Positions 21,001-31,888 of a stretch of DNA of 64,000 nt are shown here, in pieces. Each line of letters starts with the position of its first letter. The first letter of the stretch is position 1. Position numbers and translations under genes: made by a program. Origin of the DNA: Deinococcota bacterium (GTDB lineage: Bacteria > Deinococcota > Deinococci > Deinococcales > Thermaceae); the NCBI GenBank assembly GCA_041695225.1, contig JBGFRI010000014.1, forward strand, positions 32,001 through 96,000, read 5' to 3'. The notes under the pieces were generated by a model. The model saw nothing but the letters and a program-made list of their open reading frames with translations, had not been told where the DNA came from and searched no databases.

Positions 21001-21612
21001 TCACTCGTGCATGGGCCGCTCTTTGCGCGGCAGACCAGACTTGTGGTGTTCCAGCAGCGCCTTCAGGGCTTTTCCCCGGTGGGAGTAGGCGGCTTTAGTC
21101 TCTAGGGTCATCTCGGCAAAGGTCTGGCCCGCTTCGGGTAGATAAAACAAGGGGTCGTAGCCAAAGCCCCTCTCGCCCCTGGGGGCCTCGAGTATCTCCC
21201 CCGCCGTCTCGCCGCGGTAAAGTTCCATGTAGCCATCGGGATAGGCAATCACCAGTGCAGCCACAAATTTCGCTTTGCGTTCACCAGCCCGAATACCCCT
21301 GAGGCGCTCGAGTAAATATACATTGCGCTCAAGATCGGTTTTCTTGTTGCCGTAGCGGGCCGAGTAGACTCCAGGCTCTCCTCCCAGAGCCTCTACTTCC
21401 AGTCCCGAGTCGTCGGCCAGAGTGGGCATACCGCTGTACTTAGCCCCGAAGGCTGCTTTCAGTACAGCATTATCTTCAAAGGTAGAGCCCTCTTCGGGCG
21501 GCATTTTGAAAGGATAGTCTAGCAAGGAAAACAGTGTCCATCCCAGCGGCGCAAGCCCTTCCTTGAGCTCGAGGTATTTGCCTGGGTTGGAAGTGGCAAT
21601 TAGCAGGCGCAT
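21001..21612 (-). CDS. rdgB: Non-canonical purine NTP pyrophosphatase
   Basis: ATSNPGK, ADDSGL, PGVYSARY, GFGYDPLF, SHRGKAL. Confidence 0.95.
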   Translation of the reverse strand: MRLLIATSNPGKYLELKEGLAPLGWTLFSLLDYPFKMPPEEGSTFEDNAVLKAAFGAKYSGMPTLADDSGLEVEALGGEPGVYSARYGNKKTDLERNVYLLERLRGIRAGERKAKFVAALVIAYPDGYMELYRGETAGEILEAPRGERGFGYDPLFYLPEAGQTFAEMTLETKAAYSHRGKALKALLEHHKSGLPRKERPMHE

Positions 21613-21725
21613 TGTCACCATCTTATCCAGAATTTGAAGGAAAGGACCGGGACAATGGGCAGACCAGCAGGGCCTATGCCAGAAAAAGCAGTTTCGTGGA
21701 CTACAACATAGTGAAAAGAATACCT

Positions 21726-21995
21726 GTCATTGCATGGAGGCCACAGGCCCCCCATCATTGCGCGGAGGCCCCCAGGCCGATGAAGCAATCCAGGAGAGCC
21801 AAAAGTGCCCTGGCTGCCGAGGTGATCTGGATTGCTTCCCCTTCGACAGGCTCAGGGTCGCAATGACGAAAATGTACGTTCCTGTCGTCACTGCGAGGAG
21901 GCCACAGGCCGACAAAGCAATCCAGGACGACGTAAATGCAACTCGACCGACGCGATGCTCTGGATTGCTTCACGCCCGGAGCCTGCCCCGAGCCT
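21726..21995. repeat. GTCATTGCG/AAGCAATCC-type palindromic REP cluster
   Basis: Two aagcaatccag...ctggattgctt stems, ended by cgcaatgac; related cluster at 46848-47012. Confidence 0.8.
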
Positions 21996-22131
21996 AGCGC
22001 CCTACATCATCGAGGAGGGTGCTTGCCATGAAAAAAAATCCCTTCCTGCCATCACTTGCGCCACACAACACAGTTGCTCAAATCCCGCGGTCTCTATTTA
22101 TGGTTTCGCTCACGGCTGTTATACTGCTTAG

Positions 22132-23649
<1,518 letters not shown>

Positions 23650-23820
23650 ACCCGCCTCCTCCGCATGTCTTCGCATAAATAAGTCTATGCGACACGAGGT
23701 CTGCGCCCGCATGGTCTCCCTTTTGTTGGGCTTCAAAACGGGTGCGAGCTGCTACAGCGTGTTGCGACTTCCCCACAAGCTCAGGGCCAGACCCAAGGTC
23801 GCGGGGCCACATATTTGAAA

Positions 23821-23892
23821 GAATGTCACAAGTCTCAGGTCTCGGGTCAAAAGCTTTTTGTCAAGCGACCTGCGAGTTTTGACCTGCGACCT
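23821..23892. repeat. Heptamer palindromic element
   Basis: gtcacaa gtctcag gtctcgg gtcaaaa...gcgacct units. Confidence 0.75.
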
Positions 23893-23930
23893 TCCAGTAT
23901 GGCAGAGGCGCCAAAGAATCGAGTGCGGCC

Positions 23931-24407
23931 TCAAACCTCGGCGGTCTGGGCGCCGCTTTTGGCGATGAGCCCCTGATTCTTTAGTTCTCGTAGCCAGTCC
24001 CGTATCCTAGCAGCAATCTGATCGCGCACCCTGCGGAAGGTCTCGAGCTTTTGCTCGCCCGTGCCCCGGACCGCACTGGGGTCTTCGAAGGGCCAGTACA
24101 AACGGATGGTACTGAAAGGGAACAAGGGGCAGTCCTGCTCGGCCCGGTCACACACCACTATCAGATAGGTAAAGTGATGTTTGCCGCCCCAGTACTCCAA
24201 CAAACTCTTGGCGAACTGGCCCTCCATATCCAGGCCTATCTCCGACAGTACCTGACGGGTGAAGGGGTTAATTTGGCTGGGGTGCAGACCAGCGCTGTAC
24301 ACATCAAAGTAACTACCAGCGTAGTGGCGCAGCAGGGCCTCGGCCATCTGGCTGCGGGCCGAGTTGTGACTGCACAAAAACAGTACCGAGGGTTTGCGTC
24401 TTCTCAC
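23931..24407 (-). CDS. arsC: Arsenate reductase, LMW-PTP type (copy 2)
   Basis: CSHNSARSQMAE, VCD....CP, WPFEDP, FRRVRDQI. Confidence 0.88.
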   Translation of the reverse strand: MRRRKPSVLFLCSHNSARSQMAEALLRHYAGSYFDVYSAGLHPSQINPFTRQVLSEIGLDMEGQFAKSLLEYWGGKHHFTYLIVVCDRAEQDCPLFPFSTIRLYWPFEDPSAVRGTGEQKLETFRRVRDQIAARIRDWLRELKNQGLIAKSGAQTAEV

Positions 24408-24886
24408 CCAGAACCTCCATCCTGATGCGATTCGATCAGCCCTGCGGCTTTGGCCAGAAAAGCCTCGCTGGGCAGATGTTCTTGCTTAAGTTGAGTGATC
24501 AGATACTCGCTCATCCGGCCCAGGCCATCCCGCACCCGGCGCCACTTTTCCAGCCCCTGACCCGAGGGGTCGGGGAAGGAAATATGCAGCTTCTGGGTCT
24601 TGGCGGGGTATACCGGGCAGTTTTCGGCGGCAGTATCACACACTGTGAGCACCAGATCAAAGTTCCAGGGGTCGGGCAGGTCGTAGAGGGTTTTGGAGGT
24701 GTGGCTTTTCAGGTCAAGGCCCACTTCCTGCATGACCGTAATGGCATCGGGTTTTACGAAGGTTTTCTCGGTGCCCGCCGACCAGATCTCGGCGGGAAAG
24801 TCCAGCTTTTCGGCCCAGTAGCGAAGCCAGGCCTCACCCATCTGGCTGCGGGCCGAGTTATGGGTGCAGAGCACCAGCATACGCAC
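24404..24886 (-). CDS. arsC: Arsenate reductase, LMW-PTP type (copy 1)
   Basis: CTHNSARSQMGE, TVCDTAAENCP, FPDPS. Confidence 0.88.
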   Translation of the reverse strand: MRMLVLCTHNSARSQMGEAWLRYWAEKLDFPAEIWSAGTEKTFVKPDAITVMQEVGLDLKSHTSKTLYDLPDPWNFDLVLTVCDTAAENCPVYPAKTQKLHISFPDPSGQGLEKWRRVRDGLGRMSEYLITQLKQEHLPSEAFLAKAAGLIESHQDGGSG

Positions 24887-24992
24887 CTGGTAAAAATATC
24901 AGCGCATCTTCATGGCAGTGTCAGGAGGGTGTCAGATCGGCTCCGCCAGCAAACGGGGCAAGGTAAAATGCCGAGAGTCGTGGGAAAGGCGA

Positions 24993-26240
24993 TCAGGATC
25001 GCAGCAAAGTGGCCTTTGGCCGGGCCAGCCATATCGCCAAGGCCGAAATAGCAGCCAGCGCAGCAAAAAGCCAGAGTACCAGGTTGTAGTCACCAGACAG
25101 TGCGTGCAATGAGCCTGCCCCAAAAGGAGCGATGGTCTGGGCGACAGTGATCACAGAAGTCATACTGCCGCTGATACTGCCAAAGTGTTTGGGGCCATAG
25201 GCTGCTGAAATCAAGGCCGGTTTAGCCAGGGAGATGGCGCCGTTGGCCAGACCAAAAAAGAGCACAAAGGCCCATAGCCCGGTACCAACCGGCAAAAACA
25301 CCAGGCTCAGCAGACCCAGCGTGTAGCAAGCCATAAAGGCGGCACTGAGGTGAAATAGCGAGACCCTTTCACTAAATGGCGTGTAGATGACCCGGCCCAC
25401 CAACTGCATCACACCCACCCCTCCGGCAGCCACTGCTACCAGGGCTGGGGCGTAACCTTTCTCCGAAAGTATGGGCACCATGTGGAGCGTAAGGGCGATG
25501 CTGGTTGCTCTGGAGAGGGCAAACCCCAGCGAGAGCCACCAGAAAGCAGGCTGGCTTAGGGCCTCTTTTGCAGTGGCGCCGGGTTCGGGAGTGGGAGGGC
25601 GGCTGGGACGGGCTTCAAGAGGTTCGCCATCCGGCTCCTGGCCCAGGTCCTGGGGGCGGCGACGCAGAATCAGGGCATGCAGTGGAATGGTGCTCAGGGC
25701 AAAGATTAGCGCAAGAATTTCCAGGGCTTCCCGCCAGCCGGCGGCCTGCACCAGCCAGGTGCAAAGTGGTACAAAAATAGTGCTGGCCAGCCCTGCCATT
25801 AGCGTAACAACCAGCATGGCCCTGGGGCGGTAGCGACGGAACCAGACCGCCAGCACCCCGAAAGCCACCTCGTAGAGCACCATCGCCATGACTAATCCCA
25901 GGCCCGCCCAGAGCAGGTAAAACACCGTCAGGCTCTGGACATGGGCCCAGCCCCAGACCAGCAGGGCGCCCCAGACCGAGCCGGTGGTCATGAGAGCCCT
26001 GGCCCCATGCCGGTCAAACCAGCGCCCCACCGGAATGGCCGCCAGGCCCGAGACCAGCAGGGCCAGCGAGAAAGCCGCCGAGGTCTCGGCCCGGCTCCAG
26101 CCAAGCTCGGCCTCCATCGGCTTTACAAAGACTCCAAAAGCATAATAGAGCACCCCATAGCCAACGGTCTGGGTGAGGGCCAGCGCCCAGGCAATACGCC
26201 AGCCATGATAGGAAGCTGAAGAGCGAAGGGGGCGGGCCAT
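24993..26240 (-). CDS. MFS transporter in arsenic operon
   Basis: About 12 TM segments, GRWFDRHGAR motif A. Confidence 0.88.
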   Translation of the reverse strand: MARPLRSSASYHGWRIAWALALTQTVGYGVLYYAFGVFVKPMEAELGWSRAETSAAFSLALLVSGLAAIPVGRWFDRHGARALMTTGSVWGALLVWGWAHVQSLTVFYLLWAGLGLVMAMVLYEVAFGVLAVWFRRYRPRAMLVVTLMAGLASTIFVPLCTWLVQAAGWREALEILALIFALSTIPLHALILRRRPQDLGQEPDGEPLEARPSRPPTPEPGATAKEALSQPAFWWLSLGFALSRATSIALTLHMVPILSEKGYAPALVAVAAGGVGVMQLVGRVIYTPFSERVSLFHLSAAFMACYTLGLLSLVFLPVGTGLWAFVLFFGLANGAISLAKPALISAAYGPKHFGSISGSMTSVITVAQTIAPFGAGSLHALSGDYNLVLWLFAALAAISALAIWLARPKATLLRS

Positions 26241-26294
26241 GGGCTGGCTAGGGCATCGGAAATCAAAAATTGTTTTTGAGCGGGCGGTCCTGGC

Positions 26295-26726
26295 TCATAG
26301 TTTGAGGGTCATAGCGGTGGCGGTGTCGGGGCAGGCGCCTTTAAACTCGTCCGAATCATTCAGGGCAGCGGGCAGTTCCGAGCGCTGGACTTGCACAAAA
26401 CCAAAGCGGGGAAAGTAGTCGGGGGCGGTCTCGGTAAGGAGTGAAAGTGAGGTCAGGTTTTTGTTTTGGGCCAGCTCGATCACTCCCTCGGTCAGCCTGA
26501 GCCCAATTCCGTGGTTACGATAGCCCTGCTCTACCGCAACAGAACGCAGTAAACCGCGGTCCTGATGCACTTCCAGGCCCGCACACCCTACCACCTTTTC
26601 GCCTTCGAGGGCCAGCATGAAGTTCAGAATGTGCTCCTCGAGGCCCACTACCGGCAGATGGGCGACATCCAACAGCGCCCTCACTCCGGGTAGATCGCCA
26701 GAAGTAGCGGTGCGGTAGGTAATCAT
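26295..26726 (-). CDS. arsN2: Arsenic-resistance GNAT N-acetyltransferase ArsN2-like
   Basis: LLRSVAV, LLTETAPDYF.RFGF, EF...CP.TA.AM C-terminus. Confidence 0.8.
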   Translation of the reverse strand: MITYRTATSGDLPGVRALLDVAHLPVVGLEEHILNFMLALEGEKVVGCAGLEVHQDRGLLRSVAVEQGYRNHGIGLRLTEGVIELAQNKNLTSLSLLTETAPDYFPRFGFVQVQRSELPAALNDSDEFKGACPDTATAMTLKL

Positions 26727-26761
26727 GCTCTCCTTATAATGCAACTTGACTTGGGCGCATC

Positions 26762-27250
26762 TTAACAGCAACGAGCAGTAGCTGGGGCTGCCATCTCCGG
26801 CTCGAGCGGAGCACAACAGCCTGCTGCAACGGCCCGGTCATGGGCCTTGCAGGTCACGCCCGGGGGGGTCAGGCGCACCACCAGATGGTCGCCCTCGAGG
26901 GCAGTCTGGCCCACCCGGTAGCGCAGGGCGGGAAGCCCCGCACTGCCGTACTCGAAGCGGATTTCCGCGTCTGGCCGCACCGGCACCGAGGCCACAACCC
27001 TGTGGTAGATGCTGAGGAACTTCTGCACCGTCATGAACTCCGGCCGGTCCTGGGGGCCGGGCCCCATAAGCTGCACCACGGTCTCGCGCCAGAAGTTGGC
27101 CTGCCCACCGCAGTCCATGCTTTCGTAGGTGACGTTCATTATCTCGGTGACGTGGTAGCCGGGCGCGACTTGCTGGCCATGGGCATACTCGAAGACCAGC
27201 AGCTTGCTCGGGTGTTGGGCCAGGCTCTTTAGCAGTTGCTTTGTTTGCAT
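26762..27250 (-). CDS. DUF6428-like protein with Cys-Cys tail
   Basis: YHVTEI, DCGG, ETVVQL, FEYG, TCKA; C-terminal GCC...RCC. Confidence 0.75.
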   Translation of the reverse strand: MQTKQLLKSLAQHPSKLLVFEYAHGQQVAPGYHVTEIMNVTYESMDCGGQANFWRETVVQLMGPGPQDRPEFMTVQKFLSIYHRVVASVPVRPDAEIRFEYGSAGLPALRYRVGQTALEGDHLVVRLTPPGVTCKAHDRAVAAGCCAPLEPEMAAPATARCC

Positions 27251-27275
27251 ACACTCCTCCCGGCAGGACGTAAAC

Positions 27276-27620
27276 CTACCCGCCGATGGCGGACAAAAAA
27301 GCTCTAATTTGCGCGAAACCCCTGGGGTCGGTCTGGTAGTACATCCATTTGCCACGTTTTTCGCCCCTGACCAGATGGGCCGAGGTCAGATGCTTCATGT
27401 GGTGCGATACGGTGGGCTGGGAAAGCCCGGTCACGGCCTCGAGGTCGCAGGCGCACACCCCAGGTTCGGGGCCGCAGCACGCACCATCTGGGCTGTGGGC
27501 CAGGTGGGCCAGAATCCTGAGCCGGGCCGGGTCGGAGAGGGCCTTAAAGACCCGGGCGGCAGCCTCGAGGGCATTTTCTTCAACGATGCTGGGGTCAGAT
27601 TGCAGCACACTGGGGGTCAT
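27276..27620 (-). CDS. arsR: ArsR/SmtB repressor
   Basis: FKALSDPARLRIL, CC..VCACDL, LSQPTVSHH, KRGKWMYY. Confidence 0.92.
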   Translation of the reverse strand: MTPSVLQSDPSIVEENALEAAARVFKALSDPARLRILAHLAHSPDGACCGPEPGVCACDLEAVTGLSQPTVSHHMKHLTSAHLVRGEKRGKWMYYQTDPRGFAQIRAFLSAIGG

Positions 27621-27626
27621 GCCTCC

Positions 27627-27660
27627 ACAATACATTGATACATCTAAATCTGTCAATGCA
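27627..27660 (-). promoter_or_regulatory. ars promoter with overlapping inverted-repeat operator
   Basis: Minus strand TTGACA-N18-TATTGT; inverted repeat cattga...tcaatg across 27633-27658. Confidence 0.7.
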
Positions 27661-27792
27661 ATGGGTTGGGAACCAGGCGGGCCAACTGGTCTATCCCCCC
27701 AAGTTCTGGCCCGATCCCACAAGGTTCGCCTGGATTGAGTCCGCATACCCAAGGCAGCCGGTGAATCCTTTGCGCTCGGCGGGTATTAGCAG

Positions 27793-28023
27793 TCAGTCCT
27801 TGAACAGGCTGTCAAAGGCCCGGTGGCTGCCATCCTTGCGCCTTAGGCGGAAGAGGTCGTTTTTCAGCTCGAGGTGGCCTTCCTGGAGTAGAGCCTCGAG
27901 GGCCTGCCGAAGCTCGTCTTTGGACAGGCTTTCGCCTTCCTCGTCCAGCCAGCGCACAATCTCCTTTTCGCTGGCAAAACGCAAACTCTCGATGGCTTTT
28001 AGAACCCAGCCCCGGGTGTCCAT
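27793..28023 (-). CDS. Small winged-helix-like hypothetical protein
   Basis: 76 aa from MDTRGWVL; TATATT 5 nt upstream. Confidence 0.65.
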   Translation of the reverse strand: MDTRGWVLKAIESLRFASEKEIVRWLDEEGESLSKDELRQALEALLQEGHLELKNDLFRLRRKDGSHRAFDSLFKD

Positions 28024-28126
28024 ACCTGAATATACCTTGGTGCATACCGGCCAGATCATTAGAAAGACTCCCAGTCGTTGGAGGGTAATCTTCCATTACT
28101 GACTGGCCATGTAGCACAATATAGGT

Positions 28127-28624
28127 GTGGACCCCTTCCGGGAGTACCAGGACTATGTAATGGCCCACCGGCTGCGGGTGGCCCTGGACTTTTATCCCGG
28201 TAAGCTCTACTCCCTGCCCGAATATGCAACCTTGCGCCTGCGGCGCAGCGAGCTGGTGCGCAAGCTGGTGGGTCGTCGGGGCGACCCTGCTTTGCTTTCA
28301 CGCATCGAACAGCTTACCGAGGACCTCAACTATGGGTTCTGGTTGAACCCTGGCAGTCTTAGGGCTTTTCTAATGCGGCTATCCCCCGCCCAGCCTCCGG
28401 TACTGGTCAGTCCCGAGGGCTTCGAGACCCTGCTTTCCAGAGCCGAAAAACTACGCCTGAGAGCACCAGGGCTGGTTGGGCGGTATTATCTGGGCTGGCT
28501 ATACCTGCCTGCCCCGATGGAGGGACCGCTGCTCTTTCAACAAGCCATGCGAGAGCAGGAAAACCTGGCCGAGCAACTGGGGCTGTTTCTGGACCAGTTT
28601 CACAAGGTCGCGGGCTCGGGGTAA
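28127..28624 (+). CDS. Hypothetical protein
   Basis: 165-aa ORF with normal codon usage, CACAAT 6 nt before GTG. Confidence 0.7.
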   Translation: MDPFREYQDYVMAHRLRVALDFYPGKLYSLPEYATLRLRRSELVRKLVGRRGDPALLSRIEQLTEDLNYGFWLNPGSLRAFLMRLSPAQPPVLVSPEGFETLLSRAEKLRLRAPGLVGRYYLGWLYLPAPMEGPLLFQQAMREQENLAEQLGLFLDQFHKVAGSG

Positions 28625-28976
28625 GCAGCCAACAGGGCATAGCCGACCTCGAGCTCAACCCCTACTAGCCCCAGAGCCATACTGGAAAGTGTGCGGGTGA
28701 ATGTCTGTAGCGAGTGGCCGGGATGTCACATGCCTACTAACCTGAGTGTATGGCCTATGGTCGAGAGCCGGAACCCCTGACTACTGGCGTATGACCCTGA
28801 TTGGCTTCTTCGATGCCAGACAGGATGCTTTTTGCACACCAACCCTTGACCTTTAACCGATTTTGTACGCAGCAAGTGAACTGCACAACCCGGGCACTGA
28901 ACCACAAAAACGCGAGCCCTAGCAATTCTCGCAGGACTTACGAATGTCCTCGTGAATCTGTTCTATCCTATAGGAC

Positions 28977-29657
28977 ATGACCCTGATTGCCTCCTTTTTG
29001 GCCGGGACTCTATCGTTTCTCTCGCCTTGCGTACTGCCGCTGGTGCCGACTTATCTGCTTTATCTAAGCGGCGAGCGAGGCCGCCCTTTGTTCAATGCCT
29101 TCTTTTTTGTGGGGGGGTTCTCGCTAATCTTTTTGCTACTGGGTCTGCCTTTTACCATTCTGGGCAGTATGCTTTTTGAATACCGGCATCTGTTGGGTCA
29201 GGTTGGCGGGGTGGTTTTGGTGTTGTTTGGCCTGTATATGCTGGGTCTGAGGCCAAACTGGGGAGTAAACCTGCGCTACCAGGGAGATGCCAGCCGCCCC
29301 TGGGGTGCGTTCACGCTGGGCATGTTTATGGCGGTAGGCTGGACTCCGTGTATTGGTCCAATCCTGGGCGGTATCCTGACCATGACGGCGGCAGGTGGTG
29401 GGGCGAACTTTCTGGTTGCTTACATCCTGGGTCTGGCCATTCCATTTCTGCTAATAGCCTTGTTTGCCGACCGCGCACGCCCAGCCTTGCGAAAGATGGC
29501 TCGTTTCTCGCAGTGGGCGGGGGTCTTGGCGGGGGTGGCCTTGATCACGGTGGGGATTTTGATGTTCACCGGCACCTTTGCCCAGATCAACAGCTTCTTT
29601 ATAGGGCTGACCCCAGAGTGGCTGCTCGACCTCGAGCGCGAACTGCTAGGCCAGTAA
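28977..29657 (+). CDS. ccdA: Cytochrome c biogenesis protein CcdA
   Basis: SFLSPCVLPLVP and GWTPCIGPILG. Confidence 0.92.
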   Translation: MTLIASFLAGTLSFLSPCVLPLVPTYLLYLSGERGRPLFNAFFFVGGFSLIFLLLGLPFTILGSMLFEYRHLLGQVGGVVLVLFGLYMLGLRPNWGVNLRYQGDASRPWGAFTLGMFMAVGWTPCIGPILGGILTMTAAGGGANFLVAYILGLAIPFLLIALFADRARPALRKMARFSQWAGVLAGVALITVGILMFTGTFAQINSFFIGLTPEWLLDLERELLGQ

Positions 29658-29667
29658 TCAGATTTCT

Positions 29668-30255
29668 ATGACCAACAACATGCTAATTCAAGCGGCAGAT
29701 CTGGCCAAGCGCTACGGGCGAGACTGGGTGCTGCGCAGCCTGGACTTCCGCCTGGCAACGAACGAGACCGTGGCTCTGGTCGGCCCCAATGGCGTGGGCA
29801 AGACCACCTTGCTGCGGGTCCTGGCCGGGCTGGTGCGCCCTACCCGGGGTTCGATTAAGCTCGATGGCACAGTGGGTTTTCTTAGCAATCCACCCGCTTT
29901 TCACCGTCACTTTACCGGAGTTGAGAACCTGCACTACGCCCTACGCATGGACGGGAAGCCGGACGACGGCCCAACGATTCGTGAAGCCCTACAGCAGGTC
30001 GGGCTTCCTCTGGACAAGCCAGTGCTGGGCTATAGCAGCGGCATGAAAAAGCGTCTGGCCATGGCCCGCCTGCGCCTGCAAAACCCCGATATCTGGTTGC
30101 TGGACGAACCCGAAGCAGCTCTCGATACCCAGGGAAGGGTTTTGCTGGAAAGCCTGGTGGATCACGCCAGGGCTTCTGGTGGGGTGGTGATCGCTACCCA
30201 CGACAAAAGCTGGCTGACCCTGGTAGACCGGGTAGTAGAGCTGAGGCCAGCATAA
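29668..30255 (+). CDS. ccmA: Heme exporter ATPase CcmA
   Basis: GPNGVGKTT, YSSGMKKR, LLDEP; ccm context. Confidence 0.88.
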   Translation: MTNNMLIQAADLAKRYGRDWVLRSLDFRLATNETVALVGPNGVGKTTLLRVLAGLVRPTRGSIKLDGTVGFLSNPPAFHRHFTGVENLHYALRMDGKPDDGPTIREALQQVGLPLDKPVLGYSSGMKKRLAMARLRLQNPDIWLLDEPEAALDTQGRVLLESLVDHARASGGVVIATHDKSWLTLVDRVVELRPA

Positions 30256-30262
30256 CTAAACA

Positions 30263-30355
30263 GTCGAAGGTCACAGGTCAAAAGTCAGTCGCAGGTCGCA
30301 AGTCAAAAGCTACCGGCTATGGGCTATTGGCTATCGGCTATCAGCTATGGGCTGT
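30263..30355. repeat. Heptamer array at left border of nrf cassette
   Basis: gtcgaag gtcacag gtcaaaa...gctatgg gctattg gctatcg. Confidence 0.8.
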
Positions 30356-30386
30356 GGTAAGAGTGCGATAAGAGCTGAATAAACAG

Positions 30387-30410
30387 CAGGGGCGCATGAA
30401 TGCGCCCCTG
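30387..30410 (-). terminator. Intrinsic terminator after nrfA
   Basis: caggggcgcat-ga-atgcgcccctg stem followed on the minus strand by ctgtttatt. Confidence 0.7.
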
Positions 30411-30448
30411 AGCATTTGTGAACGGCGGAAAGTTTTGAGTCTAGCAGA

Positions 30449-31876
30449 CTACTGCCCCGCTGCTTTGGCGGCGGCCTCGGCCTTGTGGGCCGAGAGGATC
30501 CCTTTCCGGGCCTCGTTCATGGCTTCGGCCAGGATGCGGGCCGACTCCTGGGGAGCATGGAAGCCCCGCGAGTTTTCGTTGAAAATCCAGTCTACCTTGA
30601 ACTGCGAGGAGCGGTGCAGGGTGCGGGCTTCGTTGAGGGCTTCGTCGGTAGCGCCGGCCTGGTGCGCACTTTCGATAGCTGCGATTAATTCAACCACTGC
30701 ATCCTTGGCTTTCTTCTCGAGTGCGGCGGTGCGGGTCTGGATAGTCACTACCCGCCGCTTCAGTTCGTCTTCAGCGACATTGTGGCAGGTCTGGCAGCTC
30801 TGCCTGATGTTTAGTAATGGGCTACGGGCATGGTGGTTGGTGATCTTGACGGCGCCAACACGCTCAAAGGGCATGTGGCAGTCGGCGCAGGCCACGTTGG
30901 CATGGGGGCCCTGGGACCACAGCTCGAACTCGGGGTGCTGCACCTTCATCTGGCCCGAGCCAGCACGGGGGTGGGTCCAGTCTCTCCAGCCGTAGTTGTC
31001 GTAGTGCTGAAGCTGCTGCTCTACCTTAAGACCCTCGGACCAGGGGAAGATCAGGGTGCGAACCGGCGGCCGGTCGAAGTAGTACTCCACATGGCACTGT
31101 GCGCAGATCATCGAGCGCATCTCGTGCCGGCTGGCAAGGCGGTTGGCATCGTAGGGCACCCGGCGATCTCCAGCCCGCCAGCGCTCGATGCTGGGCAGGT
31201 GGGGTACGGGGTCGTCGGAATTAGCCAGCTTGACCAGGCCGTCTTTGAGCGATGGGCGGGTAATCCGCAGACGCATGGTCTGGGGCTCGTGGCAGTCAAT
31301 GCAGGCAAGGGGGTTACGCACCAGGGTGTCGGCCTCGGCCCAGGGCATGGCATTGATGGCGTCGAAGCCTTTGCGCAGGGCTTCCTCGGTGTGAATCTTT
31401 TCGACAGGCAGGCCGGCCTGTACTGCGGCAATCCGGTAAGCCTCCACTACACTGGAGTGACAGTGCAGACAGGAGCCCGGCTGCGCACGCTCTTGTACCC
31501 GCCGGGTCTGGCGCTGGTCGAATAGAAACCAGTGGTGGCCGCGATCCTCGCGGAAACTCAGCTCAAAAGGAAAGCCCTGCCACATAATGCGCAGTTGCGG
31601 GTATTTGTCGAGCTTCTCGTAGGGCACATTCCCGCCAAAGGGGGTCTCCACACCATACTCTTCGGTACGCATGAAGGTGTCGTACTGTAAGGGGAAGTTC
31701 CTCCCCCAGACCGAGGACTCGTAGGTATCCTCGGTGATCTCAACCACCCGGAAGGCCACCTCCCGCGCCTCGGCCTGCCTCTGGGCCACATTCTGCAGCA
31801 AGGCCAGTATGCCAAAGGTTCCCAGTGCAGCCAGAACCGCGACTGCAGCGCCAATCCATATCCATCGTTTGTTCAT
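30449..31876 (-). CDS. nrfA: Pentaheme ammonia-forming nitrite reductase, CxxCH type
   Basis: CLHCH, CIDCH, CAQCHVEYYF, CADCH, CQTCH; DRGH, KVQHPEFE, ENSRGFHAP. Confidence 0.93.
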   Translation of the reverse strand: MNKRWIWIGAAVAVLAALGTFGILALLQNVAQRQAEAREVAFRVVEITEDTYESSVWGRNFPLQYDTFMRTEEYGVETPFGGNVPYEKLDKYPQLRIMWQGFPFELSFREDRGHHWFLFDQRQTRRVQERAQPGSCLHCHSSVVEAYRIAAVQAGLPVEKIHTEEALRKGFDAINAMPWAEADTLVRNPLACIDCHEPQTMRLRITRPSLKDGLVKLANSDDPVPHLPSIERWRAGDRRVPYDANRLASRHEMRSMICAQCHVEYYFDRPPVRTLIFPWSEGLKVEQQLQHYDNYGWRDWTHPRAGSGQMKVQHPEFELWSQGPHANVACADCHMPFERVGAVKITNHHARSPLLNIRQSCQTCHNVAEDELKRRVVTIQTRTAALEKKAKDAVVELIAAIESAHQAGATDEALNEARTLHRSSQFKVDWIFNENSRGFHAPQESARILAEAMNEARKGILSAHKAEAAAKAAGQ

Positions 31877-31888
31877 AGATCAACCCCC

